This document shows positions 44,106 through 57,084 of a stretch of 64,000 bases of DNA, piece after piece. A program made the translations under genes and the position numbers. Each line of letters begins with the position of its first letter. Within the stretch, counting starts at the first letter, position 1. The notes below the pieces were generated by a model that saw only the letters and a program-made list of their open reading frames with translations, searched no databases and was not told the origin of the DNA. Origin of the DNA: the human T2T-CHM13v2.0 reference genome, Homo sapiens. The stretch is taken from assembly GCF_009914755.1 (NCBI RefSeq), contig NC_060932.1; one strand, given 5' to 3'.

Positions 44106-45175
44106 TGTGGTAGACAGAATTCTAAGATGGTCCCATGAGTCCCAGTCCCTGGAATTCATGCTCTGTATAATTCCCTTCCCTTAAGTATGGACAGGAACTG
44201 TGACTCACTTCTAGTTAACAGTATATGGCAAAGGTGAAAGAATTGTGCAGATGCAACTAAGATCCTGTGAAAGAAAAACAGAATATAGGGACTGTGAACT
44301 CACTATGCCATAAGGAAAGTTAAGCTTGGAAACTCAGTCACCAATACTGTCTTTTTTGTTGTCGTTGTTCCCAAACTGATAGCTGTAATTTCATAATCCC
44401 AAGACATAGCATCATTTCCTCTACTCCCTCTTTTCACATGTTTACTTTATCTTATGTAAAATGTAGATTTACTGAGGCTAATCAGAGCCTCAAAAGAATG
44501 GAACCATCTGCCTCACTGTCTACCCTCTCTTCCTTTTTTTTTTTTTCTCTCCTGCTTGCTCTTTCTTTTTTAAATAAAGAATTTCCCAAAACCCCCTTTG
44601 GAAAAAGCATAGGTTACAGATGCTCTTGTGAGTTGCATTTTTTTCCCAGACATGTTCTCAACCTTGGCTAAATGATCGCTAACCCACAGAGATCTGCCTC
44701 AGTCACTTTTTGGTTTGCAGTCCCAAGTCAGTTGATTTTAGTTAATCAAAAAGGGGTTAAGACTATTTTCAGTGGGCCTCACTTAATCTGGTGATTGTCC
44801 TTAAAAGATGGGCTGGGGCCTCCCTGAGGTACAGAATTGTCCTTGCTGGCTTGATGTAGTAAGCAGTCTGCTGAGGAAGCCCACATGGGAAGGGATGGAG
44901 GTGACTTCTAGAAGCTGAAGGCAACTCCAGCCAACATCCAGCAAAAATGTGGGGCTGTCAGTTATATGGTTATGAGGAAAATAATTCTGCAAACAATCTG
45001 GATGAGCTTGGGATCAGATCTTCTCCAGCTGAGCCTCCAGATAAAAACAGCCTAGTTGACACCTTGATTGCAGTCTTCTGAGACCCAGAGCCAAGGATCC
45101 AGCTAAGCTGTGCCTAGACTCCTAACTCCTGGGAACTGTGAGATAATAAATGATTAATTGTTTTAAGTTACTTAT
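44106..45175 (+). mobile_element. MLT1-type MaLR LTR interrupted by a MER4-group LTR
   Basis: TGTGGTAGACAGAATTCTAAGATGG start; GAACTGTGAGATAATAAATG near the end. Confidence 0.75.
44266..44719 (+). mobile_element. MER4-group ERV1 solo LTR
   Basis: TGTGAAAGAAAA...TTTGGTTTGCA; shares ATGTTTACTTTA.CTTATGTAAA.TG.AGATTTA with the inverted 36-kb LTR. Confidence 0.75.
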
Positions 45176-45555
45176 TGTGTTACTCCATTCTCACAATGCT
45201 ATAAAGAAATACCTCATACTGAGTAATTTATAAAGAAACGAAGTTTAATTGACTCACAGTTCTGCAGGCTATATAGGAAGCATGACTTGAGAGGCCTCAG
45301 GAAACTTACAATCATGGTGGAAGATGAAGGGGAAGCAGGCTGTCTTACACAGCTGGAGCAGGAGGAAGAGAGAGGGTGGGAGGTGCCACACACTTTTAAA
45401 CAACCAGATCTCCTGAGAACTCTATCAGGAGAATAGCACCAAAGGAAGAAATCTGTCCCCGTGATCCAATCACCTCCTACCAGGCCCCAATTCCAACACT
45501 GGAGATTACAATTCAACATGAGATTTGGGTAGGGACACAAATCCAAACCGTATCA
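45176..45555 (-). mobile_element. MST-type MaLR LTR
   Basis: TGTGTTACTCCATTCTCAC...CCAAACCGTATCA; 5-bp flanks CTTAT/CTAAT. Confidence 0.85.
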
Positions 45556-45744
45556 CTAATGTTGCAACTTCTTTTTAGAAACAAGATGAATCCCACTTAC
45601 AATTTGGTTTGGAAGTCAAGAATAACAGTGCCATACATATATCAAGAGCTTAGGAAAAGTTTTATTATTGATATATTCTCAAGGTTTTTTTGGGAGGACA
45701 GAAAATGCCTCCTAAGCTGGTCTAAAAGTTATTTAAGAGGGCAA

Positions 45745-46090
45745 GTGTTCTGGGCTGAATTGTGTACTTCCCTCTTCTCCCAGCCAAATATATACATTGA
45801 ACTCTTAACCCCCAGTATGTCAGAATGTGGCTATATTTGGAGATAGAGTCTTTAGGGAGGTAATTCCAGTTAAATTAGGTCATTGAGGGTGGGCCTTAAT
45901 CCAACACGACTGGTGTCCTCATAAGAAGAGGCAATTTAGATATGGAAAGGTACACAGGAGGATCATGTAAAGACACAGGGAGAAGATGGTCCCACAGTGG
46001 CTCCACAAGAAACCAACTCTGCTGACTTGTGGCCTCCAGAATTGTGAGAAAACAAATTTCCATTTAAGCCACCCAATCTGTGGTAGTTTT
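45745..46090 (+). mobile_element. MLT1A/B-type MaLR LTR
   Basis: TGGGCTGAATTGTG...CCTCCAGAATTGTGAGA...TTTAAGCCACCC. Confidence 0.75.
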
Positions 46091-46315
46091 GTTCCTGGAC
46101 CAAACTGAGGGTCAGGCTGCTATTTCTTGCTGCCAATAATGAGATGTCGATGAACTGGGGATGAAGAAAGTTTTTATTTCTGTAACCAGTTACAGGCAGA
46201 AGGCCTGGAAATTATCACCAGACCAACTCAAAATTACAAAGTTTTTCAGAGTTTATATACCTTATAAGCTATATGTCTACATGTAAGTGTACATTCCTCT
46301 GAAGATATAAATGTT
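46090..46315. mobile_element. ERV1 LTR fragment
   Basis: TGTTCCTGGACCAAACTGAGGGTCAGGCTGCTATTTCT is an LTR-like terminus. Confidence 0.5.
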
Positions 46316-47163
46316 TCTTTATCAGCATTTGGAACATGCCAGGCAAATAGTAAACACTCAATATCATCTACCATCAGCCTCAGCCTGGGGCCTCACACCC
46401 ATCTTCTTTTATCTAAAATTCTGAATTAGCTATGAATATTCTCATTTTACGAATGAGGAAAGAAATGTGATCTGAGCTAATGCCTTGTGTCAACAGGTAT
46501 ATTACACTAAGATGGAGAATGATATACTGAATCTGTGTTTGCCTTTAACGTGTGTTTAACTTCGAGAAAAAAGCCAAGGCTGGGCGGTCGCAGTCACGCT
46601 GCATCCGGCGACAGGGGGCGGTGTGTCCTGCGAAAAGTCAAAACGCCGGAAGCTGCCCTTAGTGTTTTTCAGCCTCTTGGTCTTAGGGAAAGTGAGGCCG
46701 TGTTTTACATCCAACATATTATTATTCTGATAATATGTGACTTGGCGCCACGCGCACTCTGCACTTAAACACGCACTTAAGGGATAAACACATACGACTG
46801 AAAAAGAGTTTCGCCCTTGATAGGCAGTGTATGGGGTGCGCAGCTGCAATCTGCAAACCCTTGCAGGGCGCGGGGTTTCGTACACCCGCTCAAGGACGCA
46901 AAGAACCTCCATTCTCTGCCATACAAAGCACTCCTGGCCCAGAGAGCAGGAAAGAGCATCAGCTAGGCCCAGCTAGGCGGCGCCCTCGGCCGGACTCTGA
47001 AGGTCAGGGCCGCTGGGCGTCCACGCCGCCTGGGTCCCAGTCCCCGTCCCATCCCCCGGCGGCCTAGGCAGCGTTTCCAGCCCCGAGAACTTTGTTCTTT
47101 TTGTCCCGCCCCCTGCGCCCAACCGCCTGCGCCGCCTTCCGGCCCGAGTTCTGGAGACTCAAC

Positions 47164-47232
47164 ATGAAGCTACCGGCCAGGGTTTTCTTTACTCTGGGGT
47201 CCCGGCTGCCCTGTGGCCTCGCTCCTCGGAGG
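47164..47232 (+). CDS. DECR1: Mitochondrial 2,4-dienoyl-CoA reductase exon 1 (69 nt, presequence)
   Basis: AACATGA start; MKLPARVFFTLGSRLPCGLAPRR (Arg-rich, no acidic residues); donor AGG|GTAAGG. Confidence 0.97.
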
Positions 47233-47249
47233 GTAAGGCGGCCGGGGGC

Positions 47250-47670
47250 GCGGGGAGCGAGGACAGGGCGTCTCGACGCGCAAAGAGAGAGGACAGGGCG
47301 TCACGGGGGCTCGGGGAGCGAGGACAAGGCATCCTGGGGCGCAAAGAGAGAGGACAGGGCGTCCCGGGGGTTCGGGGAGCGAGGACAGGGCATCCCGAGG
47401 CGCAGAGAGAGAGAGGACAGGGCGTCCCGGGGCCTCGGGGAGCGAGGACAGGGTGTCCCGGGGCTCAAAGAGAGAGGACAGGGCGTTCTGGAGCGCTAAG
47501 AGAGCACAGAGCAACCCGGGGAGCGAGAGAGAGGACAGGACGTCTCGGGGCGCAAGAGAAAGGGCAGGAAGTCTTGGGGCACAAAGAGAGGACCCGGCGT
47601 CCCTGGGGCTCAGGGAGCTAGGACAGGGCGTTTTGGGGCGCAGAGAGAGAGGACCACCAGGTCCCGGAGC
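47250..47670 (+). repeat. GC-rich minisatellite, ~30-bp units alternating as a ~61-bp dimer
   Basis: About 14 degenerate copies of core GAGGACAGGGCGTCC, preceded alternately by GGGGAGC or CAAAGAGA. Confidence 0.9.
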
Positions 47671-49361
47671 GAAGGGCAACGCCGGGAGTGAGCACCGGGG
47701 CCCGGGTCGTATTCCACTGTCAGATGAAGCCCTGATGTGTGTAGGGGAATAGGGAAGAGACGTGATTTTCGAAGTTTTCACAGTTCTGCAAGTTTCCAAC
47801 TTGTGTGTAAATAGGTAGAAAGAGGTAGGGAAGGATACGGCGCCCGTCCACCCCTTAAGGAGTGAGAGGGGATCAGGCCGAGCGAGCACTGACCTTTGAC
47901 GTCCTTTGTTGTGAGGAAAGTCCATCTATGTGTTAGTTATGGAATTAAACACTAATACAAACAAATTATCATAAAAATGAAACAAAAACAAAACCCCAGC
48001 TGTTTATAGACTCCCCTTCCCAGATGTATAGCTGGGAGAGGTCCGTCTCACACTGGCTTCCCCCTCTCTCTGGCCCACACTCCTGTCACCATCTCCATTG
48101 CACCCATAGTGGAAATAGCTAGGAAGTGAAAACAGCTAGGAAGAAGAAAGAGAAACAAAAACAAAAAGAAGCAATAATATCCAAGACAAGCCCTCCCCAC
48201 ATCTAAATTACAAAATTGTTATAAGTAAACTAAAAAGCACATTTTCTTTAGCCAGGTAGAAAAATTAATATGTCAACTGTGAAAAAACTTCTTTTGATTT
48301 GATAGAATAGACAGCCATGGTGTTGTTTTTCAAAAAATATGGGCAGCAGTAGTTCCAAATAGGAATACAAAGAATTAGTATGGTGGTTCCCTCAAGTAAG
48401 GTATCTTTCTTTTAAAAAGTGAGATTTGTTCAGGGTTAGGGTTTTGCTGATTTTTTTTCTCTCCCTGTGAAAACTGGGTTATAGATCATTATAAAGGAAG
48501 CCCATATTTTCTGATACTTTTCAGAGACATTTCTCATTTGAAATCTACAACAGCTCTGTGATGTCTTCAGAGATTTCATTTTTTAACACACATCATTAGG
48601 ATTGTAGCAATAAGGTCATACAGACCTTATCCAAGCTCTTCTGACACCATTAGACAATACAGTTTGAGAAGGAGAAAATGAACTCATTTAAAAATTAATT
48701 GTAATCTGACAATTTTGAAATTCCTTTGCTGAAGAAAAATATGGAAGTTTTGAGGTTCAGGGTTGGGAGGCAAGAGAGGTACCTGTTAGTGTGGTTTGTC
48801 CCCTTCCTAGCACATGTAGCCTCAAGTTTGAATTCCTGGGAGAAGAAAAGTCTTTACATCTGTGATGTGGGAGGTTGTTCCAGGGAACATCATGTTTTTG
48901 TGGGCAAATACAAGTTGTTATAATTAAAACCCCTAATTTGAATATTTTTGTTACCAAGAACCAAGGCAAATGTTTAATTTGTTATAAAACCTGTTTGTGA
49001 AGTGCTGTGTTAAATTGTGCTGCTGGCTAATAGGCCTCATTTCAATTTAATAAATATTTATTGAGGACTGGCTTTATGTCTGGCCCTGTGCTATGCCCTG
49101 GGACTCAAAATTTAAAAAATACGAGCCCTGCTCTCAACTGTTCTCAAGTTGCTCTCAGTTCTATTGAGGAAAACATTCAGTCATTCAGTTGTTTATGAGG
49201 AAACACTAATTAATTAAGTACCTATTAAGTATTGGGCATTCTTTGGCAATTTGTGGTTGAAAGACATTCCTGCCTTCAATGTACTATAGTCTCATATATG
49301 TATTTTAAGCCACAAATAATAACCAATGAGTAGGCCTTGAAATCAATTTAGTGGAGCAAAA

Positions 49362-49645
<284 letters not shown>

Positions 49646-49796
49646 CTAAATTCATCTCATGTAGTAAGGTTGTTCATTTTGTGAAACTTTAAAAAAAAAA
49701 TTTACCATTCTTCCTTTTTTGATTCATTCTTTGATTACTATCATGCACACTGCCATGTTTCTTTTCCTTTTGTTTTTATCAAGAGTAATAACTATC

Positions 49797-50039
<243 letters not shown>

Positions 50040-51359
50040 ATAGTAACTATCAAGAGTAAAATCACTATTTTTAGAAAAATGATTCCTGGCCAATATTCAG
50101 CAATACAGTTAACAAAGTAAGATATGACCTCAAACTGGCCACCTAGAATTAACTTGGGTTAGCATTTGGTGTATATCATTCCAGGCATCTGTTCTGGTAA
50201 AAGGATGGATAGGCATAATTTTACTTGGATGTCACATTTTCCCTTAGTCAACATTGTTTCATTGTTTTCTCACGATGAATATTGTCTTGGAGCAGTATAA
50301 AACCAACTAGATGTGTTTTCTTTATTTTTTTTAAATCTGGAAGCCTAAGTATTTCTTTATTCAGTGTAAAATTCTGGAATATAAGCTCTATGCAGGCAAA
50401 GATTTTCAACTGTTTTGTCCACTGTTTATACCTAGAACAGTGCTTAGCATAGAGTAAACATGTAACAAATATCTGTTACATGAATGAACGTGTGTACTGT
50501 GTTGCTATGAACATGTGTATGTTGCTATATAAATCACATTTCTTGCTATGGTTCACAGTCAGAAAAATCTGAAAAATGATAGTCTAGTGAGTCACCAGCA
50601 GACATCAATAGACTGTGAAGATGCAGATGTGTATTATAATGCATATATGACCCAAACTGTACATACCTAGAGGAGGCAAGGAAAGCTTCATGGAGGAGGT
50701 GGCCCCAGGAGCCTGCTGTTAAATCAGGAGTTGGAATTTGTGTGGTCCCAATGGCAATATAGACCTAAGGAATAGCATGTATCAAGAAGTGAAAGAGTGG
50801 CTTATTTATAAAAATTCAAGTGGTTTGTTTGGTATTGTGGAGTTGGTGAAGTATGGGAACAGAGAGAAGCGTGTGGAGACGAGATCAGTCAGGTTGCTGG
50901 GGGACAGGGTATGGTGGGCTTTTCTTATTTATGTAGAAAATTGAGCATTTACTATTTGCTAGGCACCTTACTAGGGATATGAAGGTGAGAAGAAGAGCTG
51001 ATTCCTGCTGTCAAGAAGCATAGAGTCCAATGGCATTATGGTATGATGTGCCGCATGTTAGGTTGGGTGTTCTTGCTTTTGGATGGGATCCCAAATAAAT
51101 AGCATCCGTTTTTTCCAGTCTGAAAAATGAGTAAAGATGGAAGCCAAAGTATCACTTTTATTGTGGTTTGTGAGAGGAAGCTGGGCCTATCAGCTGGATC
51201 TCCCGAAGTAGGCGGACTTACATAACTCTGGAGGAGGGCAGAACATTGTCCTCTGAAGGCAGCTGGCTCCCAAAAGGAAGAAGACCAAGGAGAACTGTTC
51301 ATACCCAACGATCCTGTCAAAATTTACCAGTCATATCAACTGTCTCTGCACAGACAGAT

Positions 51360-51843
51360 TGTACCTCAGTCTGTGTTGCTATAAAGGAATACCTGAGGCT
51401 GGGTAATTTATAAAGAAAAGGGTTTGTTTGACTCATGATTCTGATGCCTGGACAAGTTCAAGACTGGGCATCTGCATCTGGTGACGGCCTAAGGCTGCTT
51501 GCACTTGTGGCAGAAGGTGAAGGGGAGCTGGAGTTTGCAGAGATGGAAGTGAGGGGGTGTTGGGAGGTGCCGGCAAGAGAGGAAGTGAGAGGGTGTTGGG
51601 AGGTGCCGGCAAGAGAGGAAGTGAGAGGGTGTTGGGAGGTGCCAGGTTCTTTCACAACCTGCTTTAGTGGGAACTAATAGAGTGCAAACTCACTTGCCAC
51701 TGCCAGGATGAAGATGGTACTACGACATTCATGATGGATCTGCCACCATAACCCAGGCACCTCCCATTAGACCCCACCTCCAACATTGGGGATCACATTT
51801 CAACATGAGTTTTCAAGGGACAAACATCCAAACATCCTTAGCA
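51360..51843 (-). mobile_element. MST-type MaLR LTR
   Basis: TGCTATAAAGGAATACCTGAGGCTGGGTAATTTATAAAGAAA ... CAAACATCCAAAC..TAGCA. Confidence 0.85.
51545..51643 (+). repeat. 36-bp tandem repeat, about 2.75 copies
   Basis: GGAAGTGAGAGGGTGTTGGGAGGTGCCGGCAAGAGA starting at 51545, 51581 and 51617 (last copy partial). Confidence 0.95.
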
Positions 51844-51906
51844 GGTTGACTAAGGGGACAGAAAGAAGCCTGGAGTTGTACTACCTGAACTTCTCACAGT
51901 AGGGAG

Positions 51907-51948
51907 ATGTCAGGACTGGGGAAGAAGCATCTCCTGCTCATGGGGGAG
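51907..51948 (+). CDS. DECR1: DECR1 alternative N-terminal coding segment (MSGLGKKHLLLMGE) in an intron-1 cassette exon
   Basis: ATG, 14 codons, then phase-0 donor GAG|GTATGT in frame with exon 2; matches my recollection of the DECR1 isoform-2 N-terminus. Confidence 0.75.
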
Positions 51949-54559
51949 GTATGTCCAGTTTTATGAGAGTGTTGTTGTTTGGTATATATCAAAGCTGAGA
52001 CCTGAAAGATGAGTAGGAGTTAGCCAAAGGGAGAGATGTAAGAATGTTTTAAACAGGAGAGTAGTCTATGTGAAGGCCCAGCATAAAGGTTATCAACAGA
52101 GAGTGGGGAGGCAGGAGGTGAGAGACAGCTTAGTGAGCAGCCTGTTGGCTGCGTTAAAGAGTTAGAACTTTGTCCTGCAGGGTGGGAGTGGAGACAAATG
52201 GCTAAACCCTGAGTAATCCTCTCATCTGTTGAGAGGTGATGGTGGCCTCAACGAGGGCATGCATTGGGTTTGGAGACACTCAAAGTTGAGTGATATTTAG
52301 GAGGTAAAATCAGAGGCCTTGGTGATTGGTTGGTGGTGAGGATGAGAGATGGGGCTATGCTCAGTGGTGACATGTTGCCATCAAAATTGTGAGCAGAAAT
52401 ACGATATCATCAGGTAAGACTGGAAGTAGGGAGACCAAACATCCAAACACCAGTGATGAGGGTCTGAACTGAGGATAGCATTAGAGCTACTGGGGACTAA
52501 AACGAACTGGGCTTGGTTTGAATGTATGGGGTAAGATGAAGCCCAGATTTCTGTCTTTGGCCCCTGAGCTAAGGACAGTGCCACTCTCTTGAGTGAGGAC
52601 ATTAAGTGGGGGCTGGAGGGAGAAGAGGAGTAAGTGACATCAGTCCTGAAATGTCAGTAGGGTCTGGGACTCCTCAAGTGGTATATAGATAAATAAGCTA
52701 CAGAAGTAGAGGAGAGAATGTTAATTCTCCCTGGGAGTGTTAGGGAAAGCACCAGAGCTCTCACAGCTGGGTTTCAATGATGAATGTTGGGTGATGATAG
52801 GGAGCAATTTGTGTAAAGACAGGAAAGTAGGAAAGAGTTCATGTTTGGGGAATCCTGAGTACTTTGTTTTCCTGAGTGTAAATTTCAGGGGAGATGAGGC
52901 AGAAGAGAGGGACAGGAGCTAGGTCGTGAAGACATATGCTATGGGGAGCGAAGGAATCTGGATATTCTGCAGCTACCAGGAGCCCTTAGAAGATCTTAAG
53001 AAGAGAAGTAACATGATCCCATTAGCAGTCCTCGGAAGATCAGTTAAAAGATGACACAGAATAGGCCCCCAATGTTTGTGAATGTTGTGAGATAGGGGTT
53101 TGAAATCAGGTGGTGGATATAGAGGGACACTGGGGAGGTAAAAGGCATGGGGCTTATAGACGGATGGGATGTATCAGGTGAAGAGGAGAGGGAGTCACCA
53201 AGGTGGGGCAGGGCAGGGCAGGTGGTGGGGGTGGGGTTAATGGATGAATCTTGGCCTTGTAGCTTAAGGATGCATTTGAAGAAATTTCAAACAAACTTCC
53301 TGCCCAAACTACAAAGCAAACTTTATATTATTACAAAAAATAATCTAGATCTCAGATATCTCCCAAAGGTCATGATAATGACATCAAAAGAGGGGGGAAT
53401 TTTAAAGTTATCCAGAGTTTCTTACAGCCCATGGTAGAAAGCATGCAATAGATGTTTAGCAACTTTTAGTTTTTGCAGAAAATTCTAGGTAGAAAATGAT
53501 CAGCATTCTCAGCTGTCCTGCGCTCTTCTCTTCCTAAGTTGATGAATCATTCTGAGATTGAAGTGCCAGGGTAATGATAAGTAAGTCTAGAATACAAGGT
53601 CAACTGCACTTTTATCCCTTCCAGTCTGGGAAACCCTCACACTGCATTGTAACATAAAAGCAGTGATAGAACTGTAGGCTTTCATAATTGCTGGAATGAT
53701 GAAATGATGTTGCCATTTACCTTTAGCCCTAATTTATTCTTCATGCTTCAAAACCATATTTCCTACTGCAGCTTAGATATCTCTACCTGACTATTCCAGA
53801 AGCATCCCAAGTGCAGCATTTCTGATGCAGAACTCATTATCCTCAATGCTCCAACTTGGTCTTCTCATGTCAACCCAGTCATTTCAGTCAGAGCATCACT
53901 CTGCATGCAGCCACTTAAAACTAGAACTCAGTTACCTTCCACAGCTCTCACCTTACTTGCCAGGTCTGGCTGGTTGGGTTCTGGGTTCAGGCTAATTTAC
54001 ATGTTAAATGTGTGTGGAATATGTTGTCTTCTCTTAATTTCTACTGCCCTCGGTATCTCTCATGTACACTTAATGACTTCTGTCTGATGAGTCTCCATTT
54101 CCTTTTTTCTGGCTCACATTTAAATCTTAATTTTTCTAGAACACAAAGGCAGTGCAGATGTAACAGGGATATTGAGGTAAAGATGAGAGAGGTAGAAAAA
54201 TCTCTCTCAGTTCTTTTCAGTAAACAGGAGACCTGTTTATATGCTGTTAATGAAACAGGCAAAAATGTGATGAAATAGATCAAGAACAAAAGTCCAAGCT
54301 CATGTTGTTGGGCAAGAGGCAAGAAGAAATCATGGATCTAGTGGATATCTTAAATATCCTGACTTGATCATTACACATTCTATGCATGGAATAAAATATC
54401 ACATGTACCCCATAAATAGGTTAAAATGTTATGTATTAATAAAACATTAAGAAAAAGAAGAAATAATTGGACCAGGCGATATTAGGTACAGTGGTGACTC
54501 ATTACGTCCTCATTTTTTGGGACCTTTGCTCTTGCAAGTAGTTTTATTTGCTAACTTCC

Positions 54560-55270
54560 CACCAGTTCACATGATAGCATCCTGGGCTAAGCATCACCAT
54601 CTCTTGCCTGGCTTGTTATACAAGTGTCCTAATAGTTTCCCTGCTTCCAACCTTGCCCTCTACACTCCATGGCAGCCAGAACAATCCCCTTAAAACTTAA
54701 GGCAGATCATGTCCATTCTCTCCTTAAAACTTAGAAGATGTTTCCCACTTGCCTCAGAGTAAAAGCCTAAGTCTCCGTAGTGGCTGACTCAGCCTGCATG
54801 GTCCAGTCCCCTTTACCTCACTGACCTCTTCTCCTGCCCCTGTCTCCCTCCTTCCTTCTTCTCCAGCCACACTGGCTTCCTGACTGTTACCCCATCCATA
54901 AGCATGCCCCCTGCTTAGGGCCTTTGCTCCCAATCCCTTTTGCCTAAAACCCTGTGATTCATTCTTCTCCTTCACGTCTTTGCTCCAATGTCACCTTCTC
55001 AATGAGGCCTTTGCTGATGACTCTATTTAAAGTAGCAATGCTCTATCCCTATTCTCTGCCTTATTTTTTCCCCACACTACATATCAACTTTTAATATACT
55101 ACATATTTAACTTAATTTCTTTATCCCTCATTCCCCCAAGGATAATCTTGCTGAGAATAGAATATTGTGTCTGTTTTTTTTTTTTACTGCCGTACTGCCA
55201 TGCCTAGAACAGTGCCTGGGGCTTAATATATGCTCAATAAACACTTGCTTAAAATGAATAAATGAATAAA
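54560..55270 (+). mobile_element. L2 LINE 3' fragment
   Basis: AATGTCACCTTCTCAATGAGGCC, CCTAGAACAGTGCCTGG, terminal ATGAATAAATGAAT. Confidence 0.8.
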
Positions 55271-57084
55271 CTCTATATCCATCATAATGTCATGTTTATC
55301 CCTAATACTTTTTTATGTAAGCAAATTCCCAAAACAAACTCTTTGCAAGAGCAGAGATTCTAATTTTTGGTTTAAAAAAGATTGTCATTATAGTTTTGGT
55401 TAACATGATAGGGGATCAATAAGAGATGACTCAAATCAGAGGCAGGCAGGAGTGAAGACCCTAGCTGAAAATTTCAAATTGCCTCTTAGGTCTGTGATTT
55501 CATCTCTTTTTATTTTGTTGTATTGGAGAAGCATCTGTTCAGTCTGCATCTAACTGCAGACAGATAACCACTGTAATAAAATGAGATGTACACCCTATGG
55601 CATAGAGCACCGACATTTTCAAGGACTCATGTTCACTGATACAAAATGTATCATTCCTCAAAAATGTAATTTCTGTCTTGCTCCTGGCAACTGCATAATT
55701 CAGCTTAGCCATTGGAGCTTGGAGTCCAGCTGGGCAGTTTCTTTTATATTTGTTTAGCCTTACCTTCAGGTTGCTGTGGCAACAAGATCTGTGCTCTGCG
55801 GAAGCTGAGAATATCAGTGGCCTCTGTTCAGTGCCCTGCTATAAGTTAAGGAGCAGGCAGATGTGCTTAAGCAATCTACACAGTCATGGAGCATGAGTTA
55901 ACGAGGCCTGTGGCAAGCTTTTGGTGTGGTACTCAGTTATTTTAATGTCTGCAGGGCAACTGTTGGCATTTGGGGTGAGACAGTTCTTCATTCTGCAAGG
56001 CTGTCCTTTTCTGCACTGGAACATCCAGTAGAACATCCCACCAAACTATCCCTTGTATTACCAGATACCTCCAGCTAAGGACCACATACACTGTGCTGAA
56101 GTGGCAGTGGTGTGGCCATTGGAAAGAATGCACGCATGGCCTTCTAGCAATCGGACAAAATAAATTGGGAAGTAGTTATGGAAGGCTTCCTGTATTCAGG
56201 GAGTACATAAGGTGTTTTGGGAATGCAAAGATGTACACTTTTGAAACTCATCCTTTGAAAAATATGGTTGTCCAGTGTTTACCACGCTGATAGTTTAATA
56301 TGGCAGTTAGGGCCCAGTCTGCAAAACTCTTATGTGAATTCCAGTTGGAGTAAATTTGATCTAAAAAATATTGATTCAACCTGAACCAACAGATACGTAG
56401 AAGCTCCAAGAAAATAGATGTGGAAATATTTCATTATCTTTATAAATATAGCTCACACTTTAGTGTTTAATATAGAGTAGTTATGCTTCAAGTAAGGTAT
56501 ATGTCCTTATCATGAAATTGATTCTAGGCCATTTTTTTTCTTGCTCTGTTTTCCTCTACGTACTTCTTGTATTGTGTGCTTGCCTATATGATTCAGTTTT
56601 CTGTTAGCTATTGTTAAAGAAAAAAAATTTATGAACATGTTGAACATTCAAGCAATATAAAAGGATATGCAGTGACAGTGTAATAAGGTTATTATTACTA
56701 TGGTTATTACTATGAATAGGTTCTTGTGGATACTTCTGACAGTTTTTGTGCATATGTCAACATATGTATGAAGATATCCTCATTTTAAAAAACCACATGA
56801 AGGGGAGCCTGTTACATGTATTTCTCTACCTTGAGTTTTACACTTAACACATAGTGTCTCACATTGTTGGTATCCAACAAATACTTATTGAATAATTAAA
56901 AAATAATACATCTATAGCAATGTTTACAGTCAGCATATACATTCCAGCTCCTTCTTTTGGTAGATAATAGATCCATATAACTGTATTTTGTAATATAGAT
57001 GTGCTCTAATTCATTGGCTATGTCCCCTAAGGAAACACACATAGATTGTTTTGTAGTCTTTCTATTACAAACAATTCTTTAATG

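Larger units (their letters stand above)
46570..47720. promoter_or_regulatory. DECR1 CpG-island promoter
   Basis: CpG-dense block; GC box CCCGCCCC at 47105-47112; CTCF-like GCGACAGGGGGCGG at 46608-46621. Confidence 0.9.

Noticed and set aside
47250-47670. CRISPR-like array (spaced repeats with a palindromic core)
   Set aside because: The inter-core segments are themselves repeated and too short to be spacers, there are no cas genes, and the context is a human intron.
47170-47925. 251-aa minus-strand ORF and overlapping plus-strand ORFs
   Set aside because: They stay open because the GC minisatellite lacks stop codons; the peptide is repetitive and shows no domain.
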